A program made the position numbers and the translations under genes. The notes beneath the pieces are model-generated. The model was not told the origin of the DNA. It saw only the letters and a program-made list of their open reading frames with translations, and did not search any database. From contig NC_088859.1 in assembly GCF_963853765.1 (NCBI RefSeq), forward strand, positions 12,090,001 to 12,154,000: 64,000 bases of DNA, written 5' to 3'. Shown piece by piece: positions 53,218 to 64,000 of the stretch. This DNA is from Magallana gigas. Lineage: Eukaryota. The stretch's first letter is position 1. Every line of letters starts with the position of its first letter.

Positions 53218-55222
53218 TAAACATTTCGTCATAACGTTCATTAATCAATCCGCATTCTTGGTTACCCCGTTCTGGAAAGTTATGTTATATCTATCAAAAT
53301 TAAATTTGCGCATTTAAGAAAAGAATTGATTCATTTTATTTATTCAACATTCGTCAAATCTCAATTTCTATGTATATCCTAAATACATGTACGTTCCCAA
53401 TAATTAGATTAATTCTTTACGTAATCATTCAACATTATTTCATTGCAAGTTTAATTATATTTTTACACCAAAATGATCACTGAGAAACAGCCAAAGCCAT
53501 TCAAATATTGGTGTCTGCATTGTTTCTACAACATATTGTACTCATTTAAAATTTGCTGTTTATTTTGTCCTGATTTTAGCAATTCGAAGAAAAAGTTATT
53601 TGTATATATTTTTCTCTTCCAATAGTGTAAAGTCTTTCAATCGGCAACTTAACCAATCCAAAAGCTCTGAGCGAAATTCAACTAAACTGGAAGTGTTTGT
53701 GATATTTAGCAAAAGTCAAGGTCTCGGGTCGCAACTAGAGGTCAATGTAAAATGCATCGTTCTTAAATATTTAAAAGTTCATTGGAAATCAGTCGACCGC
53801 AAAAAGACAAATAAATGTGCTTATTTCACATACTAAAAGCATTATACTGGGTAAACACTTAGAGGTCTTGTTTAGTGTGCGCGAAAGATTCAATTCGAAT
53901 GACCGAAACCGGATTTTCGTGTATAGTAACATATTTCTTAATCGTTTTTCTAATGGTATTAGTCTTGCATGGTCGAATACACATTTTTTTTTTTATAAAA
54001 CAGATCTCATTGAGATGGAATATGCGATTAAACATTCCATTGTCTCACAATATAATCCCTTTGTATTATAGTATACTAGTATATGTACAACATAAATACT
54101 AAAGCAATCAATTATTTCCATGTCTCTGTCGTAAGACGTGACTAATATTGTTCATAGCAACAGTTGCAATTTTTAAAGACATAAATCTATGAACTTCAAG
54201 ATAAAGGTATAGGTATAAGAGACGAGTACTTAAGCCTAAAGATTAAAACAAACCACTTTTTATTGCTTTTTTGAAAATGACATACTTAGTCAAATGTACA
54301 AATTCATATCGCTTTCAGATATTTAATTGAGTTCAATAGATTTACTCTAAATTTTCTATTAATGAAACTAATTCATAGTCTCTATTCCCTTTTATTGATT
54401 TACAAACTCTTGCTAAAAACTGTTGACAGAAAAGTGTAAGTTACAATTTTATATTCACAACTTTTTCATACTGAGAATTCTAAAAGCAGTACAATGTTGA
54501 ATGCCTTTTCCGCAGCTTGTTCTTGTTGCATGAATTCCAGAAGAAAAAACCTGACTACCCAATGAGTGATTGTGTCAGTTATTGACCAGATAAATAACAG
54601 AATTATAACTAAAGCACATGAAATGTAGAATTACAATTATCATATTAGCTAATGTAATAACTGGGATAAGGTCTTATGATAAATTAAGGATTTAAGCCTA
54701 GAAATGTTAAATTGCAATTAGTGCTTATCCCAGTTATTATTATATAATGAATATAACATTTTTTGCAACAAGAAGGTTTGCACCTCGTATTGAAAAAATT
54801 TAATTAGAGCGGCACAGGTTTTAGATTTCGAGAGTTCGATCCCGATCAAAATGAACTTGAAGATAATACAAACAATACCCAGAAATCGGAAGATTTGAAA
54901 AATTAAATAGCTAATTAGCGAAGAAAGTTTGTATATAAAACATTTTATGGAACATAAAATTTTATTAATGATCTAAAATAAGTAAATATCCTTACAACAA
55001 TTACATATAAATAAGACTTGGATCATTTCCACACACATAAGACTGGGATAATTTTATCAAGATGTTCTTCCCTCAATGTTTGCAAGTATTATTTCTACTA
55101 ACAGCGTTGCGACCTCGCTGCATTAATGCGTCTGGTAAGCTGATATATTGTTTTCCAAATGTTTGATACTAGTAATTGTTTTGATGTCAGCAAAGACTCG
55201 ACATTCTCTTGTAAAATTTTAG

Positions 55223-57983
55223 ATCAAACTTTCGCCCTTTGTGACGGTCAAAGGGGTTTCATACGCTGTGAAAATGGGTCCAAAATCAGAATTTTGTCTG
55301 CCAACTACGGACGGACAAATGACCAGGTTTGTCCAGGTGGATCCATTAGTACACGCACCTGTCTCTCAAAGTCGTCCGAAATCAAGGTCAAGTGGAACTG
55401 TAATGGCTACGCATCTTGTCATCTTCGAGCATCAAGTCAAATATTTGGAGACCCGTGTGCAAATTTTTCAAAATATTTGGAAGTCAAATACCATTGTGTC
55501 AGCAATTTTCATTTAAAAGGTATTATTTTTCTCATTAAAATTATTATAGATATATTAAAAAGTAATTCATCATAATGATTTTTCACTTATATATACATAT
55601 GCTAGTACTATTTTTACTATAGAATATAGCTATGAAATTACTTATGTCCGATATGATTTAAACAAAACTTTGAAAATTTATTGTGTTTGTTCTATTGCAA
55701 CAAGTATACTTGTAATATATTGGCCGTGCTGGTTGTCAGAGAAAACAAATATATGGAGTTCTTTTACTTCATTTTGATACAATAGATTGTTTATATTTGT
55801 TTAGTTTTAAATACAAAATATTAAAGTTTTTCTTTCACTGATTGGCTGGTCCGTAATGGCGGCCTCGGTATCCGTCCAAATATGGCAGGCCAATGTTGTT
55901 AAATCTGGACTGTTGAATGTTTAATAGTTGAATGAACAGTTGAATATATAGGTTGGTTCCATTGTCCTTAAAATACTGGTTTACGAAATACCGGTTTCCC
56001 GGAATACTGAGTTCATGGAATACTTGGTTCATAGAATACTATGGTACGTGGATTCTGGAATACTGTGACTCTGGAATTATACTGGAATCTATTAAATAAT
56101 ATACATTTAATAACTGTATGATAATTATACCATACATTGGGGTTATATATTATGGACGTTTTTCCACATACATATACATTATTTAATACAATTACTTTAC
56201 ATGTGTTTTCTCAAAGTATACATGCATATTTTTACTCAGATTTTTTACTCAGATTTTTACTTTAATATGTACTATACTTATACTTTTACACATACTATAT
56301 TTATATATAAATTGCATGTTTACTTATACCATAAGTTCACACAATCACTGTAACACACTTTTCACAAAGTTTATGTAGAATTGTTACTTTATAACTACTT
56401 TGTATACTTTAGTAACATTACCAGTATTTATCAATCAATATGCTAAATTTAGGACAACTTTATGTAACAAGTCAACAAAACAAAAAAAAACTTGGTTGTC
56501 ATTGCAAATTAACAGTAAACAAACTTTAAGGATAAAACTATCTTACCTCAGAAGTGAGAAGAACCTGTTAGAATAATGCCCAGGTTACGCCAAAACTGAC
56601 TACACCTGCACACCCCTGCGAATGTGTTTGGAATGTTTTTTTCATCGTTGCTAAGTACGTAATAAATCCAGAGGTGCTCGAATGAAAGTTCACGAGACTT
56701 CACCGAGATTTGGTTAGTTCCTATGAAATTTCGAGCGGAAGTATAAGTGTTCGAATAATATTCTCAAAATACGTAAGTAGTGGTCGATTTTCATATCATA
56801 TCCTACTTTGATTTATGTTAAAACGGGAAAAGCTTTCAAGATGTATGTCTTATTTCACCATCTAGCAGTTATTTATATTAAACGATAATATTTAGAAGTT
56901 AAGAGTTATCGTTCGTGTTCAGCCACGTGCAGAGTGGTTGAAAATATAAACATTGGGTTGCTTAATAAAATCATAGTCATGTTTGATGCTTGTGGTGTGC
57001 AATACCATGGTTTTTTTAAAAAAAAATAATGGATGTCTGTTTTGCATTAAAACTTAGTATATCGAGCCATTTTCAAGGAACATTCTGCATAAAATCGTAT
57101 GGTCTGTTTCACTATTGATGTTATTACTAGGTCAGGCGCGGATCGAAAATTACATCAGGAGGGATCTCTTTTAAGCATGTTAGTTGTTGCAACAGCAGAC
57201 AAAAACTAATTTTTGTATAGTCACATTTATTTCTAGAACACATTTTATTCACAAATTAATGAAGATAAAGTTTAAAATCAATAAACCTCTTGATTTTATA
57301 TTTGACTACAAGAACCAAGATAATGTGAAATAGACTATATACACGAGGTACGATTTTTACTGCGAAACTGAAAGGGTAAAATAAAACCACGTGGTCTAAA
57401 ATTTGAATGACAATAACATTCGCAGGGGTGAGCAAGGGTATTTAAATGGTCGGGTAGTTTTAAAGGTCCTAAAAATAGTTCTATGGATACCCGGCTTGGA
57501 TTAAAATATATGTACAGGTAAACACTAAGGGTAACAGTTTGGACATTAAATGTGACAACACTGACTCTGCTTATTCTTCTTTCTTACAGATGCAACTTCA
57601 ATAGTTGCTTTCAATGCGTACATTACAAAAACATTGACTTTACACAGGAATACCCCAGCCAATGTTGTGTATGATGGATTGTATTTTAATTACGGAAACG
57701 CATACAATCCTCACAACGGAATCTTCACAGCGCCATCTGATGGACTATACATTTTTACGTGGACGAGCCATATTAATCCCGGGAAGATTTTTGACGCCGA
57801 AATTCTTGTTAATGGACGGAGAAAAGGTTTGGGAAATTGCAATAATGAACCAAATTCAGATTTGGAAACTGTGCGAACACTGTGCCTGTAATACTAAAAA
57901 CTGGAGATAAAGTAAATATTCGAACAACGAACGCAAATTTATTACGAGACTTATGGTCAAGTTTCAAAGGATGGAAGGTTTGA
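55223..57983 (+). pseudogene. SUEL/rhamnose-binding lectin + C1q globular domain chimeric gene (1-bp frameshift in C1q); 5' exons not identified
   Basis: Exon 55223-55519 (ANYGR, DPC, KYLEVKYHC; symmetric phase 1) splices in frame to 57590-57983 (VAFNAY, GNAYN..NGIFTAP..GLYIFTW, LKTGDKV, WSSFKGW). The last exon is 1 nt short, with the shift near 57858-57861. Confidence 0.82.
56611..57430. mobile_element. MITE copy 2 (CACCCCTGCGAATGT TIRs), inverted relative to 5119-5930
   Basis: Full-length diverged reverse complement of copy 1; no clean TSD; lies in the SUEL-C1q intron. Confidence 0.88.
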
Positions 57984-58491
57984 TAAGATACTTGTGCATG
58001 TATTCAATGCACACTTGTTGAGTGTTAGTAAGTGAAGTGAAATAAAAATATAAAAGCAGCATCTGCTTGTCTTGTATTATTTAAAAAGGTATCAAAAGGC
58101 AAAAAATAAGAACAAACATCACAAGATAATTACAGGCAGGTTAGAAACACAAAAAAGTCTTATAAAAATGATGAATAAATTAAAGTAGAAATATATTAAT
58201 TAAATTACTAAGATTTGCGAATATATCCACATGACTGTATTCATTATAAGCTATTAAGTTTACAATGAAAATATCATCATATGTTAATATAAACGAATAG
58301 GATGATGAAATGTAACAAATTGCCTCGAGAGTGATAATGAAATCGAAACTGTTGTCAACATTCAGTTCTTAAAATTCATAAAACATTAATACGAATTAAC
58401 AATTTCTTAAATTTTACAGACCACTAGTAAACTGCCATTCAATGAAACCAACGATGCTTTAATGTCAGTCAAATTTTTAAAAAAATTCCAG

Positions 58492-58940
58492 GTGATTCCA
58501 ATATTCTTTTTCTGTCTAGTGCTATCTACTACATAGTCTAATCCTGCCGTGAAGATATATTGTCCTTTCTGATATATTTCATTTTATGAAATAAAATATA
58601 CAACATGACTACGTAGTCATGTTGTATATTTTATTTGATAAAATGAAATATATCAGAAAGGACAATATTGTTAAATGCTGTCATATTTAATTTATATAGA
58701 TCGTAATCACCTTTTTATTGTACAAAAAACAAAAATAAAAATTCAGGAATCGTGCGATGAAAATTTCATATTTACTTTCGGTATTTTGGAAGTAATATCT
58801 CTAATGAGGTCTGATTTTGTCCTGACCCCCCCAAGAAGGTCACGTCCTTTCCGGGGGACACAGTCTCCACATTGAAACCTACGGTAGGATAGTCGACACA
58901 GTCTTGTTTAGCTTTATCTCGTACAATATTGTTGTCTTTC
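58492..58940 (-). pseudogene. ARF remnant (C type): deleted exon 2 and partial exon 3
   Basis: [29 protein letters not shown] with internal deletions; flanks match 41900-42297. Confidence 0.82.
58561..58664. mobile_element. 104-bp near-perfect loop-less palindrome with 4-bp TSD ATAT (minimal MITE)
   Basis: Two 52-bp arms, one mismatch, centre GACTACGTAGTC; ATAT at 58557-58560 and 58665-58668; absent in the homologous intron of copy C (~41915). Confidence 0.85.
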
Positions 58941-60265
58941 CTGCAAGGAACTAAACCTATGTTGCTGGGCTGATCAGATTTCTACACAAGTCAGTAACTA
59001 AATGTCATCTCTAATTTATATTGGGATATTGAGGTCCTTGATTTAACAAAACTCTGCGAAAATACTGTTATTCTGTACTTGATATTTATAAAATATTTTG
59101 TTTCATTGGTACACACAATATCATTGTGCACATGATAAAAATAAATCTTAAAGGATCACCAACCGATTCACATCATGAATGTACAAAGCTTTTAAGTCTG
59201 TTAAACTTCGTATATAGCCAAATATTCTAGATATAATTTATTATTATTTTAGCGATAAAAGTACAAATACATTTTTCTTCCTTTATTTTTCCATCATTCC
59301 ATCATTGACACATGGCTTGAAATGGGCGTGTTCAAGAGCATCACATGGTTGCTTTGTGCCGTGTGGTAATACAGTCTGCAATGTCTGAAAAAAATATGTG
59401 CACTGTTGCATGACCACAAGCGGGTTTCCACGATAAAAATAATGCTAAAATATCAGTTACTCTAATTCCAAATACAATATTTAAAAAATAATGTAAAAAC
59501 ATGTATGAGTAATCATTCTTTGACTTCTTTGACTACTCACGAAAGTCAAAGAAAGGTTTTCTAAATGCCTTAATGGAAAACAACAAACAAATCTATATAT
59601 ATATTTATTATATCATTTTGCTCATAATACAATGACAGGGGCCTACTGTGTACAATTTCAATTTAAAAATTAAAAGATTTGCAACAATACAATACAGCTC
59701 TGTTGTCAAAAGTATTTAACAAGAGCGGATGATGGAAAACAATTCTGTAAACTACACAAACAAAGGGAGGTAAGAATGGATATCACATTTACAGAGCATT
59801 AAAAACAAAAATTAAAAATTAGGCTGTTTACATATTCATGAGCAAAGCTTTTATAAACGCATGCCATAATGCTCATATATAGCCAATGCTATACAATATA
59901 TTCCGTCTCACAACCACCATTTTGTTATGACGTAGCACCCGTTATATATAACAGCTTTACAACAATACACTGTAGTATGACGTGAAAAAGGGAAAAGATT
60001 TTTAACACATATAAATATTGTGACATCAACGTTTGATAAAAAGTATTATTTACATTTACATGTATACAATAAAAAAATTATCTCGACTATTTAATTTGTC
60101 TGCATTCACGAAATGTAACGCACATATACTTAATGCTGTACTGGTTGTGGTAAAGGCAATGCGTGATATTACATGTTTATGCATCACACATTAACTGGCA
60201 AGACTTGGAAAAAAGCAGCGGCTTTTCTTAATCGTTAATGTTAACGACAAAAAGTCATTAAGTGA

Positions 60266-61609
<1,344 letters not shown>

Positions 61610-63967
61610 TGTTCTAAATAGTGTCGTTCTTTGCCGACGTTGATCAAGAGTAATTTCTCAGTGAAGGCTGCCTGATTAATTCTGAATGCATGCTGTTGTG
61701 TTGAACTTTTTTATACCTAAATGTTGAGGTCTGAAAATCTACACGTGTGCTATTTAAATGTTGTCAATATACAGCGTGTAAGTTATTACGAAACATCCGG
61801 GTCTATTTATAGTACATGAACATACCCATGAACTTATCTATATATATACATATAACGACCAATTGAATTTGTTTTAAACATTTTTTTTTTAAGTTCATAT
61901 AGGATAGTGCTTAGTTTTAAACACAATGCTTTTTTATCTGTAATGTATGCATGCTGATATCTAAAGTAAAACAATATTAGTACCTAACTTTCATGTAATA
62001 TGTATACTAGTGTCATAAATGTATTGGAAAATTATGACCTTTATTTTTCTGATTGCATCAGTTGCATCAAAAGGAGGAGAACAGTGTCCAAAATAGATAT
62101 GAATATTTGAAATTGCAGTAAATTAAACAAAATACAGTAATCTTCTTAACCAAATAATGTAAAACGGGTAATAATTGCAGACTAGACTAATCATCAGAAA
62201 TCTTGACAAGCAAAAAAAAAGGGCATTTCCCAAAATCATTAAATTCCTAAAAAGCGTACTGCGGGAAATATGCGTTTGTGGTTTGTTGGAATATTTGGTA
62301 TGTTAACTTTTTTCAGAGAAATGAATGGCTGTTGTCATTTTAACGCTATAATATCAACCTCCTTTAAAAAGGGGCTCTGTATAAGATGTAGGAGAATGTT
62401 CAAATTGTAAAGCTAAAATATTTAGATTTTTTCTTTACTAAATAATAGCGTATGGTCCAAAATATCATATTTTGAAGTTTAAGGTAGACCTAAAACGTTA
62501 AAAATTCAAAAAATAAATTTAGATTAAATAAAATTACTTAACAACGCTACCCACTTGAACAACACAACGCTTAATACTAAACAAAGTAATTGACGAAGCT
62601 AAAAGTTTCACAAAAGCCTTGAGAACGTTGATAATTCACCTAAAACCGGACAAAACTGGATATCTAATTAAATCAACGAATATTGCACAACAGCAATACA
62701 ACTGCGGAAACTCAAAAGTATCTTCAATTTAATGAAAATCTAAAATATATTTACAATTAATCATCTTTAATTTAAAGAATATACCGGGTATCTTATAGAA
62801 CATGGATTTTTTTAATTATTCATAATAAAGAAATGAAATAAACTTTGTTATAATGAAATGCCATTGACTTCAGTTTATCGTCTTCGCTATTAGCAGTTTT
62901 TTTTTTAATTAAATTAAGAAATGAAATGGTTTAATAACCAATCACATTCAAATATAGTAGATGCGAAAACAAAACTTCATGGGAAATTTTCCTGTAAGGT
63001 CACGGGTCTGCAGCCACTTATTAAACACAAGACAGCATCAGTATAGGTATATGCCGGATTTCTTTACATGTACCAATCTTAAATATTACAAAATAGGTGT
63101 TTAAAAAATGAAGAGAAAATGAGCTAGCATGAACATTGGTGATAATACCCTCAAGCTAATTTTCTTTGTGTTTTATCATTAACTCAGGACACATCTTTTT
63201 ATTATTATTTCTTTGTAGGACAAGGACTTTTAATTTAGAAAACTCTTGCTTAATTTTTCGTATGCCATTGTATTTCATCTCATCCTATGCATACTATACA
63301 CAACAAATAAAACCACTCTTTGTTGTTGTTTTTTTAATTTGTTTTATTATCCCAGAAGTAACAACTGAAAATAAAAATAACAGTATCAAAATATTAATTA
63401 TCAGTATAACAGTATGAATAATGCATGATTGTTACATGTATCATACTATTTTTGATAACAAAACATAACAATTGAAAATAAAAATAACAGTATCAAAATA
63501 TAAATTATCAGTATAAATGTAAAAATAATGCATGATTGTTAACATATTATTTTTGTTAACAAAACGTATCTTATCAAAATGAATGAATAAATATATGAAT
63601 ATATCACTTAAATCACTGAGGTTTGCAAATACATTCACGACTGTTTTCATTAAGCTATTAAGAAGACACATACGAATATATAATGAAATGTAACACAAAT
63701 GCCTCGAGTGTGATAACAAAATCGAAGCTTTTACCAACATTCAGTTCTTCAAATTCATAAAACTTCAATAAAAATTAAAGATTTCGTTATTTTTATAGAC
63801 AAGAAAACTGCCTTTCAATGAAACCAACGATGTTTAAATGTCAAGAAAAGCACACGGAACCACGGACAGCGGGCAATGTCGTGGCACAGGATTCTCCCAG
63901 ACGATGTTTGGTGTGTCACAATCAGTGGTGTATATCATACACATTATTATCTTTGAGAGAAAAGGCT

Positions 63968-64000
63968 TCATCTCATCCCTTTCTTGTATTCTTTTACCAT
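63968..64000 (-). CDS. 3' end of a further C-type ARF gene (copy F) running off the window
   Basis: MVKEYKKGMR-stop; 63350-64000 homologous to the 3' flank of copy C (40950-41540). Confidence 0.75.
   Translation of the reverse strand: MVKEYKKGMR

Noticed and set aside
53815-54570. Signal-peptide or 5' exons of the SUEL-C1q gene
   Set aside because: Candidate segments (~53815-53850, ~54516-54567) give no convincing hydrophobic leader or phase-compatible junction

Overview
AT-rich, intron-rich eukaryotic scaffold with a 200-N gap at 20249-20448. The repeat and gene families (Helentron-type HINEs with satellite cores, an NHL propeller exon, C1q/SUEL lectin) point to an oyster-type bivalve, which is an inference. 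All exon structures were built by hand from GT/GC-AG signals, phase and protein motifs. From left to right: (1) 1-6092, a PAT-like DIRS tyrosine-recombinase retrotransposon with split direct repeats, intact gag and recombinase, a thrice-broken RT-RNaseH-methyltransferase ORF and an array of six 11-bp hairpin motifs. (2) 7647-16626, a piggyBac element whose transposase is split over seven exons yet has an open frame and a full DDD triad, with a 3.2-kb HINE carrying three stacked satellites in one intron. (3) An orphan NHL exon. (4) 20548-32640, a 27-exon type I membrane protein gene with an internally duplicated module and five PAN/apple domains. (5) 34.5-64 kb, a birth-and-death tandem cluster of divergent ARF-family GTPase genes: 4 intact, 1 pseudogene, 2 fragments and 1 running off the window. 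One intact copy has substitutions in G1, G3 and G4. (6) Embedded in the cluster, a SUEL-lectin + C1q chimeric gene with a 1-bp frameshift. Many MITEs are present. No CRISPR, rRNA or true tRNA genes are supported.
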